Part shown: piece by piece, positions 24,640 through 32,000 of the stretch
How the letters are laid out: every line of letters begins with the position of its first letter
Position numbering within the stretch: the first letter of the stretch is position 1
Assembly: GCF_001997385.1 (NCBI RefSeq)
Contig: NZ_CP019633.1
Coordinates: 2,370,001-2,402,000 of the forward strand
DNA length: 32,000 bases
Source: Sedimentisphaera cyanobacteriorum
GTDB taxonomy: Bacteria; Planctomycetota; Phycisphaerae; Sedimentisphaerales; Sedimentisphaeraceae
Reading direction: 5' to 3'
Notes under the pieces: model-generated
Told to the model about the DNA's origin: nothing
Databases searched by the model: none
The model's input: the letters and a program-made list of their open reading frames with translations, nothing else
Translations under genes and position numbers: made by a program

Positions 24640-25572
24640 TTAAAGATTGTCAATCCATTGGTATTCTTCTTTTTCCCAAGCAGAACCCTCAGACCCGAAC
24701 CTATCTTTAACTTTTTCATAGTCCTGCCTCCATTTTTTGTGCCAGTCCTTCTGGTAAAGTCCTTTTATAGTGCTGGTGATAACAGAACCGTCAACCATTA
24801 CAAGATTTGTTTGCTGTGGATGCCTCGCAACTGTGAAGTGAGACGTTTCTGCGCGAGCCCCTTCAAAACTGCCATTTTTTCCAGCACTTGGAATTATAGC
24901 AGTAGAGTTGTCAGCGTGAGGCCCGCCTCCTCGCCAGATAGAATCTGCCATTAAAGGCACATTATTAGCACCTCTTACATTAGTTCTTTTCAGCCAATGT
25001 TTTTCTTTACGTCTTCCCTGAATGGCATTACCATTGTCTTTAAAGGTATTGTGACACAGCCAGAGATTCATGGAATAGCTTGCGTACTCTGTTTCTTCGT
25101 CTCCTTGGTTATTCTGGTTCCAGTCGCCCATCCAGTATGCTTTATTTAAACTTCCATAAGAATCGCTATCAGAGTTCATTTGATCAGGCCACAATCTGGG
25201 CTTATCAGCTTCAGGACAACGTAGAAGATCTGTATTAGTCTCCCATTCATCCCTCAACCTAAGAATCCAGTAACCTCTGTACCAGTCTGGATGAAATTCA
25301 TCTAGATTTGGGTAGCTATCGTTATTCTGCTGAGTATAAATCTGCATTATGACGCCCCACTGTTTCAAACGGGTCTGGCAGACCGTAGACTTGGCCTGTT
25401 TTCTGGCCTTGCCTAATGCAGGCATCAGAATGGCCATGAGCATAGCGATAATTGAAATAACAACCAACAGTTCGATCAATGTGAACCCAGATGCAGGGCG
25501 AGTTCTTTTTGCTTTAGTGAATGACATTTTTAAAGTCCCCTTTGAAATGAAATTTTTGTTTTTACGAGCCAT
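24640..25572 (-). CDS. Prepilin-type N-terminal cleavage/methylation domain protein with an H-X9-DG motif (DUF1559-like)
   Basis: GFTLIELLVVISIIAMLMAILMPALGKARKQAK is a class III signal/pseudopilin N-terminus. ARHPQQTNLVMVDGSV gives H-X9-DG. An alternative start, ATG 25527 (MSFTKAKRTRPASGFTLIELL), is at least as likely. Confidence 0.8.
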   Translation of the reverse strand: MARKNKNFISKGTLKMSFTKAKRTRPASGFTLIELLVVISIIAMLMAILMPALGKARKQAKSTVCQTRLKQWGVIMQIYTQQNNDSYPNLDEFHPDWYRGYWILRLRDEWETNTDLLRCPEADKPRLWPDQMNSDSDSYGSLNKAYWMGDWNQNNQGDEETEYASYSMNLWLCHNTFKDNGNAIQGRRKEKHWLKRTNVRGANNVPLMADSIWRGGGPHADNSTAIIPSAGKNGSFEGARAETSHFTVARHPQQTNLVMVDGSVITSTIKGLYQKDWHKKWRQDYEKVKDRFGSEGSAWEKEEYQWIDNL

Positions 25573-25629
25573 AATGCATTTCCCACATAATGTTCTAAAT
25601 TCAATTTCCTGATTCGATTGACAGTATAT

Positions 25630-25854
25630 GCTAAAACGTATTTGCTGTCAAGGATATTTTTCAATTTTTTCTAATTTTCTGTTGACTTGCTTTCCCTTCA
25701 CAGCTTGTTTGAGACCTAAAACAAAGACTTATAAGATGTTACAAAAATCGCTAAAACGTATTCGCCTTTTAAGGCTTTTGATTTTTCTGCTTCCTTAAAC
25801 CGCAAACAATTTAATCATAAAGAATAAAAACGAAAGGCTAAGCTAAAACGTATT
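25630..25854. promoter_or_regulatory. Three copies of the 13-mer GCTAAAACGTATT in the upstream region of the prepilin-like gene (candidate operator sites)
   Basis: Exact copies lie at 25630..25642, 25750..25762 and 25842..25854. The core AAAACGTATT is an 8-of-10 palindrome centred on ACGT. Confidence 0.4.
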
Positions 25855-25960
25855 TCCCCGCACAACCCCAAAAAATGAATATGCTGTTTACCCTGTTGAA
25901 TACTGGTGTTATTTCTGTTTACCTAACTTAACAATCAGAAGCCTTATGCCGATGAAATAG

Positions 25961-25992
25961 CCGTGAGAAGCCCGGGAACAGGCTTCTCACGG
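25961..25992 (-). terminator. Strong hairpin terminator downstream of htrA (possibly bidirectional)
   Basis: The 12-bp perfect stem ccgtgagaagcc (25961..25972) pairs with ggcttctcacgg (25981..25992) around an 8-nt loop. It lies 11 nt from the TAA at 26004..26006. T-rich tracts flank it on both sides. Confidence 0.6.
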
Positions 25993-26003
25993 CGTTTTAA
26001 TCT

Positions 26004-27404
26004 TTATATTGCGAGTTTTTCGGAAACGCCAGCGGAGGGGTCTGCCTTCACCTCAGCGATATACTGCCTTGATATCTGGCGGTTTCCGAACATAGCAATC
26101 CTCAGTATATGCATTTCTACAGTCTGCCCGGAGCTGATCTCTTCCATTGCCAACGAGAATTCCTTCATATTTGTAACAGGCGTTCCGTCTATCTGCAAGA
26201 CGATATCGCCCTTCTTCAGTCCTGCCTTTGCGGCGCTGCCTTCGGGGCTGAGATCTTCAACAATCATCACGGGATACTCGCTCTGGAAGCCGAAATCCTT
26301 TGCTAATTTCCTGTCCAGCTCGGAGATTCCCATCTGGAAAAACCGCTCAGCGAGCTTTCCGCCGTCAGGGATTGGTCTTGGCCTGAGGCTCAGCTCCACA
26401 GTGTACTGAACAGCAGTATCTTTGCGTGCGCAGGTGAGGCGGATTTTCTCGCCAACATCCTTATTCATCATCTTCACGTAGAAATCTATGAATCCGTGCA
26501 CCTGCTTATCGTCTATTTCGGTGATAATATCCCCCTGCTGAACGCCTTTATCCGAAGCGGGGCTGTCTTCAAACACCTTATCCACCTTCAAGCCGTTCTT
26601 GTCCTTGAGGCAGCACATCCTTCCGATCACCAGCCCCATCTTTACGCGTCTCATATTCTCGGGCAGGAGCATATCTGCCAGCCCGCCTGCCACAGTGTCC
26701 ACAGGAATCGCAAATCCAATATTCTGCGCCTCAGCCCTTATTGCGGTTGTAACGCCGATAAGCTCGCCGTTTATGTTGAGCAGAGGCCCGCCGGAATTGC
26801 CCGGGTTAATCGCTGCGGAGGTTTGGATTAGCCCGCGCAGCCAGAAGCCCTCTCGAACCTTGATATTCCTGCCCTTGGCGCTGACAATCCCCTCGGTAAC
26901 CGAGCTTGAAAAGCCGAAAGGATTGCCCACTGCTATTACAGTTTCGCCGATCATCAAATCGCAGCTCTCGCCGAGCTGTATCGCCTTGAATTGCTCATCA
27001 TCCTCAGACTGAATCTTGAGAAAGGCGATATCTTTCTTTTCATCTGCGCTGATTATCCGAGCCTCGTATTCCTTTCCGTCGGGGAATGTGAGCATCACCT
27101 TTTCCTGCCCCCTCACCACATGCGCATTTGTAACAACGTATCCATCCTGATGCACTACAAATCCGCTGCCGAGGTCGTGCTTTTTCTGCTCGTATTCACG
27201 CGGGGCAAACCGCGGCCCGAAGAAATCGAATATATCTCCCGAGCCCCTTCGGGGACGTGCAACTGTATGGAAGCCGGAGATGTTTACTATCGAATCCTTT
27301 GCAGATTTATACGCCTCCACAACCGGCGTTACACGCTCATAACTCTGCGCAGTGCAGACCGCTGCAAACATAACAGCAGACAGCAGTAGAATTTTAATTT
27401 TCAT
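26004..27404 (-). CDS. htrA: HtrA/DegP-family periplasmic serine protease with two PDZ domains
   Basis: It has a signal peptide (MKIKILLLSAVMFAAVCTAQS). The catalytic blocks are VVTNAHVV (His) and GNSGGPLLN (Ser). Two PDZ-like regions are present (GDIITEIDD, GDIVLQIDG). ATG 27404 follows AAGGAG. Confidence 0.9.
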   Translation of the reverse strand: MKIKILLLSAVMFAAVCTAQSYERVTPVVEAYKSAKDSIVNISGFHTVARPRRGSGDIFDFFGPRFAPREYEQKKHDLGSGFVVHQDGYVVTNAHVVRGQEKVMLTFPDGKEYEARIISADEKKDIAFLKIQSEDDEQFKAIQLGESCDLMIGETVIAVGNPFGFSSSVTEGIVSAKGRNIKVREGFWLRGLIQTSAAINPGNSGGPLLNINGELIGVTTAIRAEAQNIGFAIPVDTVAGGLADMLLPENMRRVKMGLVIGRMCCLKDKNGLKVDKVFEDSPASDKGVQQGDIITEIDDKQVHGFIDFYVKMMNKDVGEKIRLTCARKDTAVQYTVELSLRPRPIPDGGKLAERFFQMGISELDRKLAKDFGFQSEYPVMIVEDLSPEGSAAKAGLKKGDIVLQIDGTPVTNMKEFSLAMEEISSGQTVEMHILRIAMFGNRQISRQYIAEVKADPSAGVSEKLAI

Positions 27405-27556
27405 CAAAGAGCTCCTTTATGTTTAATCAACAGCTTTCTTGACTTTGCTTCGCTCAGCCGTACTTTATTGCAGTACTTTTTATCACGCTGATTTGTTCCC
27501 GCCTGAAAGGGCAGGAATCGAGATATGATTATAACATCTTTCTAAAGAGAATAAAT

Positions 27557-28210
27557 ATGCAATACGATACAGTACTATTTGACCTCGACGGAACGCTGAT
27601 TGATACCGTGGAAGACCTCGGCGACACGATGAACAAGGCTCTCAAGGAGTTCGGCTTTCCAACTATTACATACGAGCAGTGCCGGATGATGCTCGGGATA
27701 GGCCTGAGGCATTTCTGCGAATCCGCCCTGCCTGAGGGTAAAAAGGGGATGACAGATGAGGTGATGACGGTGTTCCGCGAGATATACAACGATAATTTCT
27801 GCGAGAAAACAAAGCCGTATGATGGCATTCCGGAGCTGCTGAACTGGCTCAGGGAGCGGAAATTTAAGCTTGCGGTTATCACGAACAAGAATGAAGATAT
27901 ATCCTCGGTGATAGTGGAAAAGATATTCGGGGACGGAGTTTTTGGAGTTGTTCGCGGGGCGCAAGACGGAATCGGTTGCAAACCCCAGCCGGCACCGGCT
28001 ATGGGCGTTTTGGAGCTGCTTGGCTCAAGCCCCGAGAAAACGCTCTTCGTAGGCGACGGCGAAACCGACGTTGAAACTGCGAAAAACTGCGGCTTCCGGG
28101 CAGTTTGGGTAAACTGGGGATTCCGGGCTTATGAAGAGCTCGGCGAACACAAGCCGGACGATGTAATCTCCAGCCCTGAAGAGCTGAAAAATATCATCGA
28201 AACGGGCTGA
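27557..28210 (+). CDS. HAD-superfamily hydrolase (phosphoglycolate phosphatase-like)
   Basis: VLFDLDGTLIDT is motif I, AVITNK is motif II and FVGDGETD is motif IV. Confidence 0.8.
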   Translation: MQYDTVLFDLDGTLIDTVEDLGDTMNKALKEFGFPTITYEQCRMMLGIGLRHFCESALPEGKKGMTDEVMTVFREIYNDNFCEKTKPYDGIPELLNWLRERKFKLAVITNKNEDISSVIVEKIFGDGVFGVVRGAQDGIGCKPQPAPAMGVLELLGSSPEKTLFVGDGETDVETAKNCGFRAVWVNWGFRAYEELGEHKPDDVISSPEELKNIIETG

Positions 28211-28400
28211 GAGTGAAGTAAGCGAGTTGATAATAACACAGCCATTGCTCAGGCGGATTTTGTATTTGTTTTACCACGAAAGGCACGAAACACACGAAGG
28301 GGATATGGTTTTGATTTATTTTTTATCCACAGATGGCACAGATTTTATTTGGATTATACCACGAAAAAACGATATTTTATTGGAATTAGTGAAGATTAGC

Positions 28401-28435
28401 GGCGAGTGGCGAGTGGCGAGTGGCAAGTGGCAAAA
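28401..28435. repeat. Heptamer tandem repeat (GGCGAGT)x3 followed by GGCAAGT and GGCAAAA
   Basis: Read directly from the sequence: ggcgagtggcgagtggcgagtggcaagtggcaaaa. Confidence 0.85.
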
Positions 28436-28454
28436 TCATAAGCGAAAAATCTTC

Positions 28455-28517
28455 TCTAAAAGAATGCCTAGCGGGTCCGCCGTGGCGAACTCCGCTGTAG
28501 TACTGGGGATGTTAAAC
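28455..28517. repeat. Third copy of the REP-like element
   Basis: aaaagaatgcctagcgggtccgccgtggcgaactccgctgtagtactggggatgttaaaca is roughly the reverse complement of 1996..2058. It runs in direct orientation to the arm at 2101..2134. Confidence 0.75.
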
Positions 28518-28685
28518 AGCGCAGATATTTTTAAGAATATAAAGCATTGCGATAAAACAATTTATATCAAAATCCTTCGTGGGCTTCGAGCACTTCGCGG
28601 TTTTAAAAAGAATTATTCACAACGAAGGAACCATCTTAGCGGAAATTAGTGAAGATTAGCGGTTAAAAAATCTCCCCTCCGTTTC

Positions 28686-28741
28686 CTCCGATACCTCTGT
28701 GTAAAAACTTCAGCCCCCGCTTTGGCGGAGAGGTATCGGAG
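28686..28741. repeat. Inverted repeat / hairpin (13-bp stem, 30-nt loop)
   Basis: cctccgatacctct-type arm: ctccgatacctct (28686..28698) pairs with agaggtatcggag (28729..28741). Confidence 0.6.
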
Positions 28742-28973
28742 AAATGCAATATATCAGTGAAAAATCAGCGCAGAACAGCGGCTGAAAAATCTTCCCTCCG
28801 CCTTTTCATTATTTAATATTTATCCTGTCAATCCTGTCAAAATTATAAAAATTATCCCCCTTAGTGCTTCTTAGCGTTTCTCAGTGGCTGAAATATCTCA
28901 GTGCTTCTCGTGGTTAAAAAAAATTACCCGCCAAAAAATCCTGTAAATCCTGTAAAAAATCATAAAACTTTGA

Positions 28974-30423
28974 TAACGTCCCAAAGTTTGTGGATAAATT
29001 GCAAAAGGCTTGAGAAGTGATATAGTGTTATAGATAAGATAATACTTTTATCACAGGAGTCTCAAGCCATGCAGAACATTATATCATTAGAACTGATAAG
29101 TGCCACATCAGAAAATGGATTTTCTTTAGATGAATTGGTTTTCAGGACCAAAGAGTTATTTGAAACTGAGGCTATGGCAGGTTTTGTAAGCCTGATTCTT
29201 CAGTTGATTGATGAGCGAATATGTATGAACATTGTTCAAGGTAAATCGGATAATACCGGCCAATCATGCTGCTGCAATGAGCGGTTTGAATATCATGACA
29301 GGTCTCTTCGCCAGTTCAGGACTTCTGTCGGCACAGTCAAGATTAGCTGGCGTCGCTTAAAGTGCGTTAAATGCGGCAAGACAATAACTCCTTTGAGAGA
29401 TTTTTTAGGCCTTGCACCCTACCAGTCAAAGACATTGGAGTTGGAAAAGCTGGTTACAGAAATTGTAAGCGAACAAAGTTATCGCCGAAGCAGCACTCAT
29501 CTTGAATCTATCGGCAGCATACCTGTTCCAAAGAGCACTGCCCATCGCTGGGTTGTACAGACCGAGTGCGATCAGATTGATACCGGCACAGATACATTCA
29601 GTCTTCTTTTTGCTGACGGCACCGGCTTTAAGCGTCGGCCCGATAAGGACAAACGCATAAGTAATCGCGGTGAGCTCAGAGTTGCCTTAGGAGTCACCAG
29701 AAGTAGTTCTGTGGTGCCTTTAGGGGCATTCAGCGGTAAAAGCTGGGACGAGATATCCTCGCTGGTCAAGGGCGAACGTAAGAACAAAGAGCTTGTTGCC
29801 GATATGCTTGTAAGCGAGGGCGAAACAGGTCTGGTTAAGAGTCTGGCCAAACTTTGCAATGATAGCCAAAGAAGCCATTGGCACCTGGTTCGGGATCTGA
29901 ATTATACGATGTGGAAGGATGATGCCGGCAAACTTGAACGTAAGCAAAAGCAGAAAGAATTGAATGCCGTAATTGGTATTGAAATTCCCGAGGAAGATTT
30001 TGAAAAGGTCTGTGATGATGACAAGAAAGATTTGCAAGATGCTGTCAATAGTGCCGAAAGTGATCTTCGTAAGCTGATAGGCAAACTGCTGGAGAAGGGA
30101 TGTAAAATAGCAGCCGATTACCTGAACCGTTCAGCTAAAAATATGTTCAGCTATGCTCGCCGCTGGCTGGAGACAGGTATTGTAACTCCGCGGGTTTCCA
30201 GCATGATAGAACGGATGATGCGAGAGCTTGGTCGACGCCTTAAACGCATCGCATTTGGCTGGAGCGAAGAAGGAGCGGCAAAGATGGCCAGAATTATCAT
30301 TAAAAGATTTACTTCAGAAAATCAATGAGAAAAATACTGGCACGAAAAACTGAGGTTATTGGACAATGTAATGCTTGCTCTAAAGACTATAAAAGTACAG
30401 AACCCACAAACTTTGGGACGTTA
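28974..30423 (+). mobile_element. Insertion sequence of about 1450 bp with perfect 20-bp terminal inverted repeats (ISLre2/ISKra4-like)
   Basis: The left end 28974..28993 is taacgtcccaaagtttgtgg. The right end 30404..30423 is ccacaaactttgggacgtta, its exact reverse complement. It carries a single 419-aa ORF. It sits inside the repeat mosaic. No clean target duplication could be defined (ataaaac on the left versus ataaaaaac on the right, not adjacent on the left). Confidence 0.75.
29069..30328 (+). CDS. Putative DDE transposase, ISLre2/ISKra4 (UPF0236-like) type
   Basis: From memory it resembles UPF0236/ISKra4 proteins: FRTSVGTVKISWRRLKCVKCGK, SYRRSSTHLESIGSIPVPKSTAHRWV, LLFADGTGFKRRPD and HWHLVRDL. 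It has an AGGAG RBS. The family call is tentative. Confidence 0.55.
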   Translation: MQNIISLELISATSENGFSLDELVFRTKELFETEAMAGFVSLILQLIDERICMNIVQGKSDNTGQSCCCNERFEYHDRSLRQFRTSVGTVKISWRRLKCVKCGKTITPLRDFLGLAPYQSKTLELEKLVTEIVSEQSYRRSSTHLESIGSIPVPKSTAHRWVVQTECDQIDTGTDTFSLLFADGTGFKRRPDKDKRISNRGELRVALGVTRSSSVVPLGAFSGKSWDEISSLVKGERKNKELVADMLVSEGETGLVKSLAKLCNDSQRSHWHLVRDLNYTMWKDDAGKLERKQKQKELNAVIGIEIPEEDFEKVCDDDKKDLQDAVNSAESDLRKLIGKLLEKGCKIAADYLNRSAKNMFSYARRWLETGIVTPRVSSMIERMMRELGRRLKRIAFGWSEEGAAKMARIIIKRFTSENQ

Positions 30424-30727
30424 ATAAAAAACTGCCAATTGAACAAAAGCAAAAAAAAATGCAAACTGGGGTAATTCAAATCCTACAAGAAAAGGGCGTT
30501 TTAATACAATAAACAAGCCCTCAACGATAAATTTATGGACTTATGGGATGGCTGTGAAAATAAGAGATTAAGATATAATGATGCAGGTGAATTAAGTTTT
30601 GAAAAATCCCAAGATTAAAATTTTATCTTTTCTTATCCCATCCTGTCAATCTTGTAAATCCTGTCAGAAATAAAAAATCGGTTGGCTTAAAACTTATAAC
30701 TGACAATAAAACTTTCAAGGAGAACAA

Positions 30728-31228
30728 ATGAAATCTTTATCAGCAATTTTGATCTTCCTGACCGCAGCGGCCTGCAGCGGGCAGATGATAGCGGAAATTC
30801 AGGCGGATTTCTCGAACGTGAGCGGCAGCCGCTGGGAGGCGGAGTATGCTATCGAGAATACCGGCACAGAGCAGATAAGCGAGCTTACGATCTGGTTTGA
30901 CTATGAGGATTATACGAATTTCGAGATTACCACCGCAGACCCGCAGGGCTGGGATGAGATGATAATCGCTGCTGAGCCGCTAACCGAATCGGGAGCGGGG
31001 TACGATCTGCTCAATGCTTCCGAGCCGATCACCACAGGCGAAGTGCTGGGCGGGTTTTCTGTTGAATTTGATTATGCCGGCAGCACACCCCAGAATCAGA
31101 GCTTCGAGATAATCAATCCAAACACGTACGAAACGCTCTACGAAGGCCAAACCGTACCAGAGCCGGCAACGATCGGCCTTTTCGCACTCGCCGGCATCGC
31201 TCTGAAGAAGCGAAAAAACACGATATAA
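30728..31228 (+). CDS. PEP-CTERM-anchored secreted protein, function unknown
   Basis: It has an AAGGAG RBS and a signal peptide (MKSLSAILIFLTAAACSG). The C-terminus is VPEPATIGLFALAGIALKKRKNTI. Confidence 0.8.
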   Translation: MKSLSAILIFLTAAACSGQMIAEIQADFSNVSGSRWEAEYAIENTGTEQISELTIWFDYEDYTNFEITTADPQGWDEMIIAAEPLTESGAGYDLLNASEPITTGEVLGGFSVEFDYAGSTPQNQSFEIINPNTYETLYEGQTVPEPATIGLFALAGIALKKRKNTI

Positions 31229-31335
31229 TCCGCAGACTGTCCACTTATTTCGTCCCGCCTGTCCGCCGCAGGCGGATCATTCATGCGTGGCCTGATTTAA
31301 ATATTCGCTTCTTGAAATCGCAGCGAAATTAAATT

Positions 31336-31408
31336 ATCCACAGATTTTGTGTTTTTATTTTATCGCGAAGTCCTCGAAACACCCCAAGGGGATATGGTTT
31401 TGATTTAT
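31336..31408. repeat. Partial copy of intergenic repeat module A (rearranged order)
   Basis: tatccacagatttt (31336..31349) and cgaaacaccccaaggggatatggttttgatttat (31375..31408) match pieces of 581..656 and 28287..28350. Here the ccacagat piece comes first. Confidence 0.6.
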
Positions 31409-31528
31409 CAAAGAAGTTTGGCAGGTAAACGATCTCACGGATTTATGTCGCATAGAAATTTATTATCCATTAAAAGAATGTCCCCCCTTAGGAGCTTGGA
31501 AGCGGCAGAATGCTAAATTCTTGCGTGC

Positions 31529-32000
31529 TTATTCCCTCACTTGTGAGCGGTATTTATTTGTAATTGGCAGTCTTCTGTCTCTTCCGAAGGCTTTTGGAGT
31601 AATTTTGATTCCCGGGGGAGACTGACGTCTTTTATATTCATTGAAATCCACCATCCTCAGCACCCTGTTTATATCTTCGGTTTTGCAGCCTTCGTTTCGG
31701 AGCTGGTCTGCTGATTTATCCTGCTCCACATAGCCCTTTATTAACGCATCAAGCAGGTCGTAATCGGGGAGTGAATCAGCATCGATCTGCTCTTCTCTGA
31801 GCTCTGCCGATGGCGGCCTTGTGATTGTTGATTCGGGGATAAGCTCGCCGAACTTCTCATTGATGTATCTCGAGAGCCTGTACACCATAGTTTTGGTAAC
31901 GTCTTTAATCACGGCAAATCCGCCTGCGGTATCGCCGTAGAGTGTGGAATAGCCCACAGCCGTTTCGCTCTTGTTGCCTGTAGTGAGCACCATATAGCCA
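31529..32000 (-). CDS. nadE: NAD+ synthetase, C-terminal part. The gene continues past the right edge of the window.
   Basis: [35 protein letters not shown] is the NadE signature region. The frame stays open upstream of the track's internal Met at 31993, up to the window end. Confidence 0.85.
   Translation of the reverse strand, partial: GYMVLTTGNKSETAVGYSTLYGDTAGGFAVIKDVTKTMVYRLSRYINEKFGELIPESTITRPPSAELREEQIDADSLPDYDLLDALIKGYVEQDKSADQLRNEGCKTEDINRVLRMVDFNEYKRRQSPPGIKITPKAFGRDRRLPITNKYRSQVRE

Larger units (their letters stand above)
28287..28953. repeat. Expanded mosaic of intergenic repeat modules (A ... B ... C with additional inserts)
   Basis: Module A is at 28287..28350, module B at 28578..28606 and module C at 28921..28953, in the same order as 581..760. 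Between them lie a heptamer array, a REP-like copy, a 19-nt direct repeat aattagtgaagattagcgg (28384..28402 and 28644..28662), a 13-bp-stem hairpin, and atcctgtcaatcctgtc-type decamer duplications (28813..28830, also at 28938..28955 and 30636..30675). Confidence 0.7.

Noticed and set aside
25630-25854. Possible CRISPR array, considered because of the repeated 13-mer. The repeat-rich regions 350..833 and 28211..28973 were considered too.
   Set aside because: The repeats are too short (13 nt). The spacings are irregular (120 and 92 bp) and far longer than CRISPR spacers. There are only three copies and no cas genes. The other regions contain heterogeneous modules rather than one repeat with a regular period.
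28227-28649. A 140-aa ORF on the plus strand in the spacer after the HAD gene.
   Set aside because: It is translated entirely from repeat modules (the heptamer array gives SGEWRVASGKWQ, module B gives LRGLRALRG). It has no RBS and a non-ATG start. Its pieces recur in other frames and orientations elsewhere. It is a spurious ORF across non-coding repeats.

Overview
This looks like a chromosomal segment from a PVC-superphylum bacterium (Planctomycetota/Phycisphaerae-like or Kiritimatiellota/Lentisphaerota-like). That assignment is inferred from three PEP-CTERM proteins, two Tat-signal sulfatases, a prepilin-like H-X9-DG (DUF1559-type) protein and a GEVED/dockerin-tailed secreted protein. The backbone is ordinary housekeeping: dnaE, a UPF0104 membrane protein, a FabZ-like dehydratase, aroB, a LolC/E-type permease, ispH, proA, tRNA-Pro(GGG), an HtrA protease, a HAD phosphatase and partial nadE. 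Four insertion-sequence loci overlie this backbone. They are an intact IS5/IS1182-like element (15807..17326), two 1264-bp IS3-family copies in direct orientation (17546..18809 and 22696..23959, 4 differences found by eye), and a 20-bp-IR ISLre2/ISKra4-like element (28974..30423). A decayed IS5/IS1182-like remnant is fused directly to the second IS3 copy. The non-coding DNA around the PEP-CTERM genes is a patchwork of short repeat modules that recur at several places in the window. There are two probable gene disruptions: a one-base frameshift in a histone-H1-like gene and an in-frame TGA splitting a zinc-ribbon/bPH_2 membrane protein. I found no CRISPR array, no recognisable defence, toxin or secretion operon, and no convincing novel multi-gene system. 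The most unusual material is the nested IS scar, the modular intergenic repeats, a repeated 13-mer upstream of the prepilin-like gene, and a consensus promoter whose downstream region is interrupted by two IS elements. All coordinates and translations outside the ORF track were read by hand and should be recomputed.
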